Source: a virus (Duplodnaviria; Caudoviricetes). From it: a stretch of DNA of 64,000 bases. A program made the translations under genes and the position numbers. The stretch is from the IMG/VR virus record IMGVR_UViG_3300021375_000006, one strand, 5' to 3'. Under the pieces are notes generated by a model. It was not told the DNA's origin. It ran no database searches and saw only the letters and a list, made by a program, of their open reading frames with translations. Shown in pieces: positions 39,548-48,673 of this stretch. The stretch's first letter is position 1. Every line of letters begins with the position of its first letter.

Positions 39548-41629
39548 TTATAGTGTTTCAATTTGGTTATCCTTCATCCACGCCTCTAGCTTCTCAACAG
39601 CTGCGTTAAATATTCTGCTTCTAGAAGTTTCCATACCGAAGTTATTGAAGTATTCTTTCATTAGATAATAAGCTGGTTCGATTGACTCGCCGTTCGCTTG
39701 CATATCTCTAATATGTTTACTAACTTCTAGTGCAGCCATCGCACCTTGCCAAAAGAACATAGTGTAACCAGTTATATCATTCCAGAATCTTTGAATAAAT
39801 TTGTAACCCATTTCACCGAACTCTTTCTTACCTTTATTATCATAAGCATACAGTTCAGATCTAGTCTTGTTGTCGAAAGACCCTAACCAAATAGACATAT
39901 AGTGGTGTTCACCTTTATAGACTTTATCCATAAAACCACCATCAATAATCTCTTTTGATTTTACTTTAATCCATTTTGGAAATTTAATCTTACCGTTCTC
40001 TTTAACCCAATTGTCATACTCATAAGAGCCTAGGCTTTCGTTAACTACTGATTCACTAAATAGAGTTTCTCCAGTACTAGACTCAATACTTATTACAGCA
40101 TTAGGATATTCTTTCTGTAATTCATTAAATACTGCAGGAACTGCTGCTGGAGTTTTTACTAACTCTTGTTTAACAACCATACCACTATTAATTACTACAA
40201 TACTTACAGGATAACTTCCTTTCTTTGCAGCTTTATGGATTGCACCTCTTTTAGCTTCATGCAGTGGTTTAATGTATTTCATTTGTTTTGACTCTTTCAT
40301 AGCGTCTATTTCTTTTGATTTTTCAATTGCCCAATCAACACCTTCGTCGCCACCCCAGATTAACCAGGCTACATAGCCATTATCTTTCCAAGGTTCGTCT
40401 TTATGTTCTGGTGCAATTGATGAATTTTTTCTGTGTCTATTAAATGCAGACATTCTCTTTACAGTATCTGCTGAGATCTTTTCACCTTTAGCTAGTTGAT
40501 GAGCTCTTGCCCAACCAACCGGAGTTCCAGCAGGTACTTCATCTCTACCATACTTCTCTTTCCAATCAATAGCCATTTGTGCATTCTTCTTTGCAGCGGC
40601 TGGATAATCATCATAAGAGTCTTCTTCGTTTAATACAGATTCTTTAAGATCCATATCAAGTTCTTTACTAATTTTCTTTAGATCTTTATCATTATCGTAG
40701 AATACTTTGACCCATTCAGGCTGTTGACTCTGAGGTCTCGATACAGGTATATAGTTAATTTGAACATACTTGTCACCTCTTCTAGTTTGACCATACTCAA
40801 CACCTAAATGCTGATAAACCTTTTTCTTTTCAAGGCTATCTTTAGCATTATCTAAATAATCACTATCTATAGACTCTGGTAAAGGTATTGAATCTTCGTA
40901 TCTTAGTTTTCTATATAGTTGATTAGATAGAATATAGTTACTAGCGAAATCTTCTAGCTCTTTTTCACTACCAAACCTATGACCACCTTTATCAATATCA
41001 TGTCCTTTATAGTAAAGGTTGTAATGAGCACCTCTTGAATCCTCTTTAGTTTTAAGATAGACTATCTCATCATTACCAATATATTTCTTTGGCATCTTAG
41101 CTTCATTAACAGATTCTTTAATAATGTTATCTAAAACTAGTGAATGATAAATGTCAGAACCTACACCACTTAGATCTTCACTGCCTAAATGTTTATTACC
41201 ATACTTCTTAATGTAATTATCCTCTAGGTATTCAATCTTTTCGTCTTTAGACATTCTATTAATCTTGGCTCTATTCTTGTAAACCCATTTCTGAAATTCT
41301 AAAAGGAAAAAAGAATTGTAAAGAGGCTCTTGTAAACTCTCATCCATTTTATCAATTAGGTCTTGTCTACCTAATTGTTTATAGACTTCTTTTCTTACCT
41401 TCTCCATTTTCTCTGCGTACTTAGGATCGTCACCTCTATTAAAAACTATTTGTTGAGTTAAAGAACCACTAATCTTCTTTACATCTTTCTTTCTGGTCTT
41501 AATTAACCATGCTGCAAGATCCTTGATACCCAGGTCTTTAAATCTACCTTCGGCATCAGGAGCATCCGAGTGATGAAACTCAGGAGCGCCTTTCGGCTTC
41601 TTTTCGTTAAGTGGTTTTATGTGCCTCAT
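39548..41629 (-). CDS. Multi-module head-internal polyprotein candidate (693 aa)
   Basis: MRHIKPLNE leader; junctions ESLQE, ESVNE, ESVLNE, ESKQMKYIKPLHE, ESVVNE. Confidence 0.6.
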   Translation of the reverse strand: MRHIKPLNEKKPKGAPEFHHSDAPDAEGRFKDLGIKDLAAWLIKTRKKDVKKISGSLTQQIVFNRGDDPKYAEKMEKVRKEVYKQLGRQDLIDKMDESLQEPLYNSFFLLEFQKWVYKNRAKINRMSKDEKIEYLEDNYIKKYGNKHLGSEDLSGVGSDIYHSLVLDNIIKESVNEAKMPKKYIGNDEIVYLKTKEDSRGAHYNLYYKGHDIDKGGHRFGSEKELEDFASNYILSNQLYRKLRYEDSIPLPESIDSDYLDNAKDSLEKKKVYQHLGVEYGQTRRGDKYVQINYIPVSRPQSQQPEWVKVFYDNDKDLKKISKELDMDLKESVLNEEDSYDDYPAAAKKNAQMAIDWKEKYGRDEVPAGTPVGWARAHQLAKGEKISADTVKRMSAFNRHRKNSSIAPEHKDEPWKDNGYVAWLIWGGDEGVDWAIEKSKEIDAMKESKQMKYIKPLHEAKRGAIHKAAKKGSYPVSIVVINSGMVVKQELVKTPAAVPAVFNELQKEYPNAVISIESSTGETLFSESVVNESLGSYEYDNWVKENGKIKFPKWIKVKSKEIIDGGFMDKVYKGEHHYMSIWLGSFDNKTRSELYAYDNKGKKEFGEMGYKFIQRFWNDITGYTMFFWQGAMAALEVSKHIRDMQANGESIEPAYYLMKEYFNNFGMETSRSRIFNAAVEKLEAWMKDNQIETL

Positions 41630-41632
41630 ATT

Positions 41633-42652
41633 CTATTTATCTAACTTAAATCCTAATTGTTTTGCGCGAGCTGTCCATTTGACCAAGACCTCTTCTCTTT
41701 CTTTAGATGTGATCTCTCCCATCTCTTCTTTTTGGTCTAAATATCTATTTACAGCATCAATAGTTTTTTCTTTACGTTTCTTAGCTTCAAACCTTAAGCC
41801 TTGTAGATTTGCATCTACCTCTTTAGGTAATAATAAGTAATGCATTTTAGATAGCATACCTGAATTAATCATAGCCCTCATCATATCATCTGGTTCATTA
41901 GGCTTACCCTTTCTATAGTTACCAATATCAATACCATCTTGAGTAATATGTTCGATCTCATGTCTTAGAACATCTGCTAAATGAAAGTAAATATCTGACC
42001 AATACGTAGGTAACCAATCTGGGTTACAAGCAAAGTCTACATTAATAAATGGATCTTGCCAATCACCTTCATCATCTTCATCTCTACCATCTGCGCCAGT
42101 AGAATTTAGGACTTCGAAACCTTTACCTTTAAAATAGATAGAACAGTTTAAGTCAAATGTTAGACCAGGATTCTGTACTTCAAACGAAAAGTTAGAAGAC
42201 TTCTTACCTCTCTCAAAATCTAAGACCCATTGTCTAAAACAATCACCTAGTAATTTATTAGAGATAGAATCCAGTTTGGTATATCTTTCAAATACCTTAG
42301 ACTCCATTACAAATTTATTATGTTCTAATACAAATGCAGCTGCAGTCTTTTCACCCATTCTTAACATTCTCGCTGCTCTAGAATAACCATCTAGTAATTG
42401 ACCTTTATATACAACTAATTCTTGGTATAGGTCATCACCACTAACTTCATACTCATCATAACGCTCTTCGCCAGATTTATAGTAGTCTTTAAAGTCTCTA
42501 TCTTTTAATAGATCTTTTAACTTAATAGGTTTATTCTTCCAGCCATCATTAGGTAGAATATACTTGTTAATAAAATAATCAGGCACATCAGATTCTTCTG
42601 GAGTGATATACTCAATATGATCTGCCACCTCTTTTCCAGTGAATGTATTCAT
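41633..42652 (-). CDS. ParB/Srx-like domain fused to HExxH zincin-like domain (339 aa)
   Basis: LLDGYSRAARMLRMGEKTAAAFV; VLRHEIEHITQ...EVDANLQG. Confidence 0.6.
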   Translation of the reverse strand: MNTFTGKEVADHIEYITPEESDVPDYFINKYILPNDGWKNKPIKLKDLLKDRDFKDYYKSGEERYDEYEVSGDDLYQELVVYKGQLLDGYSRAARMLRMGEKTAAAFVLEHNKFVMESKVFERYTKLDSISNKLLGDCFRQWVLDFERGKKSSNFSFEVQNPGLTFDLNCSIYFKGKGFEVLNSTGADGRDEDDEGDWQDPFINVDFACNPDWLPTYWSDIYFHLADVLRHEIEHITQDGIDIGNYRKGKPNEPDDMMRAMINSGMLSKMHYLLLPKEVDANLQGLRFEAKKRKEKTIDAVNRYLDQKEEMGEITSKEREEVLVKWTARAKQLGFKLDK

Positions 42653-42655
42653 TTA

Positions 42656-42664
42656 TTATATATC
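42656..42664 (-). promoter_or_regulatory. Late-type motif GATATATAA
   Basis: Just downstream of the terminator, 3 nt before the ATG. Confidence 0.55.
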
Positions 42665-42666
42665 AC

Positions 42667-42697
42667 AAAAAAAGAGGACCCAATATTGGGTCCTCTT
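42667..42697 (-). terminator. Rho-independent terminator
   Basis: Perfect 26-bp palindrome AAGAGGACCCAATATTGGGTCCTCTT plus T-run. Confidence 0.8.
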
Positions 42698-42730
42698 GCT
42701 CCTTAGTTATCTATGTCTAGCCTAAATAAA

Positions 42731-42979
42731 TTAACTATTAATGGAGCCTTCTTGAGCTACGTTCGATACGCCTTCTCCAGTTTGAATGAAGATTTCGTCT
42801 AACGCTTCTAAGCAATCATTTGCGTTAGCTACTTTTTCTACGAGTGTTGCCATCTCTTCGATAATTTGCGGGTGTTCTCCGATTCCGACTGCGTTCTTCA
42901 CGTATACCTCAAGTGTTGCGATTGCTTCAAGTTTTTCAGCTTGATACTTTGCTCTTAGAGCGTCTACTTTCAAGTCCAT
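42731..42979 (-). CDS. Conserved phage hypothetical protein (82 aa; GIGEH motif)
   Basis: ORF track; helical, AVGIGEHPQIIEEM. Confidence 0.65.
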   Translation of the reverse strand: MDLKVDALRAKYQAEKLEAIATLEVYVKNAVGIGEHPQIIEEMATLVEKVANANDCLEALDEIFIQTGEGVSNVAQEGSINS

Positions 42980-42981
42980 AT

Positions 42982-43194
42982 TTAATTTTTAGAATTTAAT
43001 TTAATTTCATTGATAATGTTTTGAACTCCAGTGAAAATGATTCCAAAACCAAGTACTATCCAAAATTGAGGCTTTCCAATGTAAAGGAATGATGCGAACA
43101 TCCATAATAGTCCGATAACATAGAACCATTGATTTAAAATTGAAGTTAATACTAGGTTTAATCCTGCTTTTAATGTGTTTAAAACTTTTGTCAT
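42982..43194 (-). CDS. Small membrane protein (70 aa)
   Basis: Two hydrophobic segments. Confidence 0.6.
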   Translation of the reverse strand: MTKVLNTLKAGLNLVLTSILNQWFYVIGLLWMFASFLYIGKPQFWIVLGFGIIFTGVQNIINEIKLNSKN

Positions 43195-43211
43195 GAATAA
43201 TTATTTAAGGG

Positions 43212-43239
43212 TTATACTAGCTCGTTAATGAATTGTTTC
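43212..43239 (-). promoter_or_regulatory. GAAAC-N18-TATAA promoter motif
   Basis: 18-nt spacer variant. Confidence 0.5.
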
Positions 43240-44135
43240 ATATATTTTTGAACTGCCAATTCTTTTGCCTTTGCTTCTAGTTCAATATCTAGAGTTAGGC
43301 CATAAGTATTAATATGTTCGTAAATATAGTCTGCATGTGCTCGAGCCATCACACTTGCATCCTCGTGAATTTGTTTACAAGATGAATAGTGACACAATTG
43401 CTTGACGCCTTTAGGCCAAGTAGTCGAAGCCATCTTGAGAGCCTCTTCTTGTGTTAGTTCACCAGGGTGACACCAGTGGTGATGATAATCAAATGTAATA
43501 GGAATACCAATCTTACTGTGAATACCTTGATAAAGATCTTCGACAGCATATTGCTTTTGTTTGTCGTCATTTTCTACTACAAGTCTAGTTTTGACAGAGG
43601 GATCTAATTCATGGAATGCATCGACAAACCTTTGCATTGCTTCATCTTTACCTCCTTGTGTAGTATTGACGTGAATATTGATCGCAGCATAGGGAGTACG
43701 CGGTAGACCCATAAGGTCAAATATTTCACCGTGCTTGTTAAGATCAGCAATAGATTTGGTGACAACGTTTTCATTTTTAGATGCGAGGACATCGAATGGT
43801 CCAGGGTGGAATGTAATCCTCTGACCGTACTCCCTAGCTAGATCGCCACAGTCTTCTAGAATAGTTCTGATAATTCTAAAGTCTTTTAGATCTGAGATAT
43901 TATACTCTGACATCCACGGCATAATATCTGAAGACATACGATAAAGCTTGATACCATTGGCTTCATTCCATTTGATAATCTCACGTAGATCTCGTACGTT
44001 CTGTACAATAAGTTCTGATGCGTAGTCCATGCCTTTGGCTTGGAATGTACGTTTAATCATGGAACGATTTGTAGTAATACTGGGCTTTTGTTGTCTGAGT
44101 TGCATATTGATGCAACAATATCCGTAGTTTGTCAT
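43212..44135 (-). CDS. uvsE: UV-damage endonuclease (UVDE)
   Basis: GYCCIN start (start revised to ATG 44135), YRMSS, TFHPG, NIHV, LVVENDD, FDYHHH, HADY, ELEAKAKE. Confidence 0.9.
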   Translation of the reverse strand: MTNYGYCCINMQLRQQKPSITTNRSMIKRTFQAKGMDYASELIVQNVRDLREIIKWNEANGIKLYRMSSDIMPWMSEYNISDLKDFRIIRTILEDCGDLAREYGQRITFHPGPFDVLASKNENVVTKSIADLNKHGEIFDLMGLPRTPYAAINIHVNTTQGGKDEAMQRFVDAFHELDPSVKTRLVVENDDKQKQYAVEDLYQGIHSKIGIPITFDYHHHWCHPGELTQEEALKMASTTWPKGVKQLCHYSSCKQIHEDASVMARAHADYIYEHINTYGLTLDIELEAKAKELAVQKYMKQFINELV

Positions 44136-44152
44136 AAGGCTAGATTTATTCA

Positions 44153-44179
44153 TTATATGTGGTTATTGGTAATTGTTCC
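44153..44179 (-). promoter_or_regulatory. GGAAC-N17-TATAA promoter motif (uvsE)
   Basis: 17-nt spacer. Confidence 0.55.
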
Positions 44180-44750
44180 AATTTAAGAACTCTTCCCATT
44201 TGTTTTCTTTTACTAATTTCATCCAAAGATCTACATACTTTCTCTCTTTAGGTTTAAGTATGTGTCTTGGTTGCTCAGGTATCAGTCGTTGCTGTTTATC
44301 AGGGTCAAACTTTTTACCTAAGGTTATCGATTTGATATGGAAGTAAAATTCTCTAGTTGTACCATCGAACTCTTCCATCTCTTCTTGAATTAGCTCTTGA
44401 CCAATACCAAATTCTTTATCTAATTCTTCTCTTAATTTATAGAGTAGTTTATGTTCAGCTTCAAGATGAGCTTTCATCATCAAGTTCTGTCTCTTTCTGT
44501 ATTGTTTTCTTTCTGGTTGGATTTGTTCTAAGTAAGATTCTTCAGTTAGCCAAGGCTTTTCTTTTTTAAGAGCCTTCTCTTTTTGCTCAAAGATTAGTTC
44601 TTCTAACATATACTCTCTACCGAGATTGTCTACTTCATATTCACCGAACTCAATTCTCTGTTGCAATTCACTAGCAGCCTTGTACATCATTTGCTTAGGC
44701 ATCTTTCTTACGCCCCAGAATCTACGCCACCATGTAAATTGCCTACTCAT
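44163..44750 (-). CDS. Hypothetical protein (195 aa)
   Basis: ORF track. Confidence 0.7.
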   Translation of the reverse strand: MSRQFTWWRRFWGVRKMPKQMMYKAASELQQRIEFGEYEVDNLGREYMLEELIFEQKEKALKKEKPWLTEESYLEQIQPERKQYRKRQNLMMKAHLEAEHKLLYKLREELDKEFGIGQELIQEEMEEFDGTTREFYFHIKSITLGKKFDPDKQQRLIPEQPRHILKPKERKYVDLWMKLVKENKWEEFLNWNNYQ

Positions 44751-44977
44751 TCTACTTCGTATAAATCTAAGTTACTTTCAACCATAAAACGATTGAATTC
44801 CTCTCTTACACCTTCATAGACTCTAAGTTGTTCTTTTGAGAGGGACTCATCGTACTTAATATGTTTACGAAGGTATTGGTCCATCTGCCAACAAACGTGT
44901 TTCCAATCACCACCTTTAATAGCGTTGTTGAATTCGGGTTGGTCTTCCGGAAGATTAAACTCTAAGATTGCTTTCAT
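44747..44977 (-). CDS. Conserved phage hypothetical protein (MKAILEFNLPED family, 76 aa)
   Basis: ORF track; ATGA coupling. Confidence 0.7.
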   Translation of the reverse strand: MKAILEFNLPEDQPEFNNAIKGGDWKHVCWQMDQYLRKHIKYDESLSKEQLRVYEGVREEFNRFMVESNLDLYEVE

Positions 44978-45594
44978 TTCTCTTTTGTTTTAAAAGTTTC
45001 TTCTAACTGTTTTTCTAATCGTTCAATACTGCCCCAAATAATATCTGCATTTGGATCGATCTCTTTGATTTGCTCAACCAATTCTTTTTGGCGACCTCGA
45101 CTATAAAATTCATCTTCAATAGCACTTGCTAATTCTTGTAGGTGTTCTGGTGCATGAATACTAATTCGTAAATCATAATCAGACCATTTAGTTTTCCAAT
45201 CAATAAAAGCAATACCTTTAGTGAGCTTTCGTTCTAGATTGTGTAACCTTCTATTACGAACTCTAACAATACTTCTATCACTACCGAATACATGTAGAAA
45301 ACGTAAAAACCATCTTGGACACCATTTTGGTTTGGCTTCATAATCTAATGCTAATACCAAAGGATATAGTGCTTTAAAGTAAACACTATCCTCATTCCAA
45401 ACTGAAGTTCCTAAATAACCATACTTCTCAGCAAAATCTTTAGGAAAGAAGATATAGCGAAGATCACTCCATTCTAAACTACGAGTGTGAATCATACCTT
45501 TCTTACGACCCTTCCAAAATAAAAATGAGTATTTCAGACTTGTTAGTCGCTCTTTAAATGTTGGAGGTGTATAGAATTTATTGCTACGTTTCAT
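44974..45594 (-). CDS. Hypothetical protein (206 aa)
   Basis: ORF track; ATGA coupling. Confidence 0.7.
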   Translation of the reverse strand: MKRSNKFYTPPTFKERLTSLKYSFLFWKGRKKGMIHTRSLEWSDLRYIFFPKDFAEKYGYLGTSVWNEDSVYFKALYPLVLALDYEAKPKWCPRWFLRFLHVFGSDRSIVRVRNRRLHNLERKLTKGIAFIDWKTKWSDYDLRISIHAPEHLQELASAIEDEFYSRGRQKELVEQIKEIDPNADIIWGSIERLEKQLEETFKTKEK

Positions 45595-45600
45595 ATTGTT

Positions 45601-45789
45601 TTAAATTCGATCTAGTTCTGCAATTAATTCATCGATAGAACCAACTGCTAATTCACATTCATGGGCTTCGCTGCCTCCGTCCTCAATTTCGTCCTGTGCT
45701 AGGAAGAATAGGTCTCTAACTTCGTCGTCAAGTTGTGGGTATTGTTTTGAAACCTCTTCTGCGTACTTTTTAAGATCTGATAATGTCAT
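45601..45789 (-). CDS. Small acidic hypothetical protein (62 aa)
   Basis: ORF track; promoter motif at 45795-45821. Confidence 0.65.
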   Translation of the reverse strand: MTLSDLKKYAEEVSKQYPQLDDEVRDLFFLAQDEIEDGGSEAHECELAVGSIDELIAELDRI

Positions 45790-45794
45790 ATAGT

Positions 45795-45821
45795 TTATAG
45801 TTTAAAGTTATTAATTGTTTA
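45795..45821 (-). promoter_or_regulatory. TAAAC-N17-TATAA promoter motif
   Basis: 17-nt spacer. Confidence 0.55.
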
Positions 45822-46067
45822 TGGTCTGAATCTGCCTAGGTGGCTATTGAATTCATCTTCTTCAATTTTGCGCTGGCGCTCTGTTGCTTCGCGTGCGTCT
45901 GCCCAATCATCTGCAAATTTGCACATAATCTTCTTCTCTTCGTCTAGGAATGTTCTTGCAATAGCAATCGCGTATTCCATGCCTTGCCAAACCTCCTTTG
46001 GACTACTTTCTAATTCTTCTTGCATTGCCTCTATTAACAATGCGACTGGTGTTTGTCTTTTACTCAT
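45819..46067 (-). CDS. Hypothetical protein (82 aa)
   Basis: ORF track. Confidence 0.6.
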   Translation of the reverse strand: MSKRQTPVALLIEAMQEELESSPKEVWQGMEYAIAIARTFLDEEKKIMCKFADDWADAREATERQRKIEEDEFNSHLGRFRP

Positions 46068-46581
46068 AAGCTGCGGGTGATGTTAGACCAGAATATGCAC
46101 AGTATTCTTTCTCGCTGTCATAAACTAGTGTTGCGTTAAACGTTTCGATTAATTTCTTTTCATTAAATCCTGCGTGACCGTGGATTGATTTGCCTCCAGT
46201 CGCTTTAGCTTCTAGAACTGGCATGATAACATCAGTCGGTACTTCGTAGATTTTCTTGATAGTAACTCCATCTCTGACGGCAAAGTACATATTATTCGTT
46301 TGCGCGTACTTTTCGATTTTGTTCTTTGATAGCCAATGGAACTGGAAAGTACCAGATTTACCCTTGTTTCTCATGTTGATTGCCTTATACTCTGTGGGCG
46401 TTTTAGTGGCATCTAAGGCATCGCCACCCTGAGTATTATTACCATACTCGTGACCTAAATGATTAGCCATAAACATCTCTACGAACCTCTCATTATAGAA
46501 TATGTTGTCAAGTCCTAGTTCGTCTTTGGCGATCTGTTCTGCCTCTTGCAGAAGTGATTGTATTTGTTGTATTGCTTTCAT
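46060..46581 (-). CDS. PvuII-like PD-(D/E)xK restriction endonuclease (173 aa)
   Basis: LGLDNIF...GGDALD...EYKAIN...FHW...KYAQ...FAVRDG.TIKKIY parallels PvuII (GINDIF...GNDAVD...ELKSIN...KYRQ...FAIYRGIAIEAIY), recalled from memory. Confidence 0.7.
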   Translation of the reverse strand: MKAIQQIQSLLQEAEQIAKDELGLDNIFYNERFVEMFMANHLGHEYGNNTQGGDALDATKTPTEYKAINMRNKGKSGTFQFHWLSKNKIEKYAQTNNMYFAVRDGVTIKKIYEVPTDVIMPVLEAKATGGKSIHGHAGFNEKKLIETFNATLVYDSEKEYCAYSGLTSPAAYE

Positions 46582-46611
46582 ATTAATATAATTACATGCT
46601 TTTTTTAAAAC

Positions 46612-46824
46612 TTACAAACTATGGCCAATTTTTTCATGTAATCTTTTCATGTGCTTACATGGAGAGTATGACCTGAAACTTCTTGCCGGACATTCACAGT
46701 CCACAATTTTGTAATCCGTCACTTTGACGTTATAGTATTTGAGCTTTCTAGTCTTCTTGTCTCTGGAACCCATTTCTCTGTAGTACCACGATGTACCTTT
46801 TGGATGTGTGTAGAAATCTGTCAT
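46612..46824 (-). CDS. SWIM-type zinc-finger protein (70 aa)
   Basis: CECPARSFRSYSPCKH (CxC-xn-CxH). Confidence 0.7.
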   Translation of the reverse strand: MTDFYTHPKGTSWYYREMGSRDKKTRKLKYYNVKVTDYKIVDCECPARSFRSYSPCKHMKRLHEKIGHSL

Positions 46825-47126
46825 TACGCTTCTACTCTATCGTGAACAGGAATCGGCGCATCGCCAGGGAATCTTGAATCTGAAGTGTAAACGAAGTTAC
46901 CACCCATCATAGAATGAGTATTAGATTTTACAAGTGATGCAGGTTTTGCATACCAAGCAGGTTTACCAAACAAATTTCTTTTGATTAAGACGAGTGAATC
47001 GTTTGGAATAGAATCCAAATCGTCAGTATCAAAATAAAGATCGAAGTTATCACCTACTGAAGTCAAACCATTGTTAGTACAGTCTCCGAGTGGGTGTCTA
47101 AATGGGAAAGTTAAAATTTTGTTCAT
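46824..47126 (-). CDS. Hypothetical early protein (100 aa)
   Basis: ORF directly downstream of the promoter repeat. Confidence 0.7.
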   Translation of the reverse strand: MNKILTFPFRHPLGDCTNNGLTSVGDNFDLYFDTDDLDSIPNDSLVLIKRNLFGKPAWYAKPASLVKSNTHSMMGGNFVYTSDSRFPGDAPIPVHDRVEA

Positions 47127-47136
47127 TATTGTATCG

Positions 47137-47200
47137 TTTTAATTACAGTACTAATATACGAAAAAAAAGTGACATAAAAAAATTCTATGGCACTTTTTTT
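47137..47200 (-). promoter_or_regulatory. 64-bp early-promoter repeat, copy 2
   Basis: Same TATGTCA-N11-TATATTAGTACTGTAATTAAAA core. Confidence 0.75.
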
Positions 47201-47219
47201 GTTAAAGTTATTAACAATT

Positions 47220-47678
47220 TTAGAAATCACCAGGAGCAACTTGCATACAAGTTAATCCATTATCTCTCCACATATCGACTACTTTCTGTCTGTCATCAAA
47301 GACACAGATAATATCGTTCTTGTCAGTGAAAAGTTGGTCAAACCACATTTGCTTAAGCTTGTCATCAGGCATGAACATGAAGTCCTTACTTGTAGGTCTC
47401 ATCTTCAAAATGTCAAATGGCACATCAAACTTTTTCAACCAAGCTCTAGTAGCGTCTTTGGTAGCTTTACTTCTACCAGACAAGATGATAATTCTATGGC
47501 CAGCAGCTTTAAGAGTCTGAGCCATTGCAATTACACCATGGTTAGGTTGGTCAAGATCGATGTTCTTAGGATCGAAGAATACATCCCAGTCCATCTTGCC
47601 GTTTGGCTTCTTAGAAATCTGTCTCCTATCATCGATAAGAGCAAGAGTTCCGTCAAGATCAAAAATTACGTTTTTCAT
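47220..47678 (-). CDS. HAD phosphatase, T4 PNK (PseT) 3'-phosphatase-like
   Basis: IFDLDGTL, LSGR, MRP, FDDRQKVVDMWR...CMQVAPGDF. Confidence 0.85.
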   Translation of the reverse strand: MKNVIFDLDGTLALIDDRRQISKKPNGKMDWDVFFDPKNIDLDQPNHGVIAMAQTLKAAGHRIIILSGRSKATKDATRAWLKKFDVPFDILKMRPTSKDFMFMPDDKLKQMWFDQLFTDKNDIICVFDDRQKVVDMWRDNGLTCMQVAPGDF

Positions 47679-47687
47679 TTACTTTAG

Positions 47688-47751
47688 TTTTAATTACAGT
47701 ACTAATATACGAAAAATATCTGACATAAAAAAATCTAGAGGCAATTATTTT
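47688..47751 (-). promoter_or_regulatory. 64-bp early-promoter repeat, copy 3
   Basis: 62/64 identical to copy 1. Confidence 0.75.
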
Positions 47752-47978
47752 GCCATATAATCTCTAATAGTTTGCATGTGTGTTTCTGCATTTGCCATTT
47801 CTTCTAGTGTAAATACATCTAGGTCTTGAAACCACAAGCCATCACCACATTCCACAAAGATAACATTATCATCTAACTTCATGACATCATTAACTCGATA
47901 TACAGTCATATCTTCTACTCTAACTACATGAGTAGTTGAAGCCAACCTCTCTATTCTTTCTTCAATCGACAAACTCAT
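47745..47978 (-). CDS. Hypothetical protein (77 aa)
   Basis: ORF track. Confidence 0.6.
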   Translation of the reverse strand: MSLSIEERIERLASTTHVVRVEDMTVYRVNDVMKLDDNVIFVECGDGLWFQDLDVFTLEEMANAETHMQTIRDYMAK

Positions 47979-48210
47979 TAAAAGATCTGTTTTTTAATTT
48001 AAGCATTTTTTTAAACTCTGCTAATTGTTTCTCACAGAATTGAGCTTGTCTTTCAGTCTTTTCAAAATGAGATAAGTATTTCTCTAAGTTAGCTACATAG
48101 TTATATGCACCTTCAATTTGTGTTGTATTGTGACATGAACTAATTACCTTTGAAGTCTTTCTCATTAGATCAAAGATGTAGTCCATATTAGTTTTAAAAT
48201 TCCAATCCAT
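47962..48210 (-). CDS. Hypothetical protein (82 aa)
   Basis: ORF track. Confidence 0.6.
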   Translation of the reverse strand: MDWNFKTNMDYIFDLMRKTSKVISSCHNTTQIEGAYNYVANLEKYLSHFEKTERQAQFCEKQLAEFKKMLKLKNRSFNEFVD

Positions 48211-48211
48211 T

Positions 48212-48673
48212 TTAGGGTTGTAAATAATTTAATATACTTTTCCAATCTGGAAATGAATCACTTCCAAACTGAATTAACTCACCACTGAATTCACCAGCTC
48301 CATTCTTAGTTCTATCATCGATGAGGTAGTCGCCCATGTTTAGGTTTTTATTATGAGACAGAATAAGTCTCTTGTAAGCTCCTTCACCTAGGTACTTGTC
48401 AACCCACAATCTTTTGTGCATCCATGCCGATGGGTTTTCCCATGGCGCAGTACTTAAGATGTAGCAATCATATTTGTCTGAGTTGACAAACTTATTGAAT
48501 GCATCTATTGCACCTTTCATTGGAGGTGGGTCTAAAAAGAGTGCAGGCATCTGATCTACTAGATCTAATTCCTCTGCTCTCTTAATTGCTTCTGGAGGGT
48601 ACTCGGCTATTTTAGCTGCTAGATCTACTAGCACACCATCCATATCAAAATATATTATTTTCTTATTCTCCAT
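48212..48673 (-). CDS. 5'(3')-deoxyribonucleotidase (NT5C family HAD)
   Basis: YFDMDGVLVD, LSTAPW, LSHNKNL, YLIDDR. Confidence 0.85.
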   Translation of the reverse strand: MENKKIIYFDMDGVLVDLAAKIAEYPPEAIKRAEELDLVDQMPALFLDPPPMKGAIDAFNKFVNSDKYDCYILSTAPWENPSAWMHKRLWVDKYLGEGAYKRLILSHNKNLNMGDYLIDDRTKNGAGEFSGELIQFGSDSFPDWKSILNYLQP

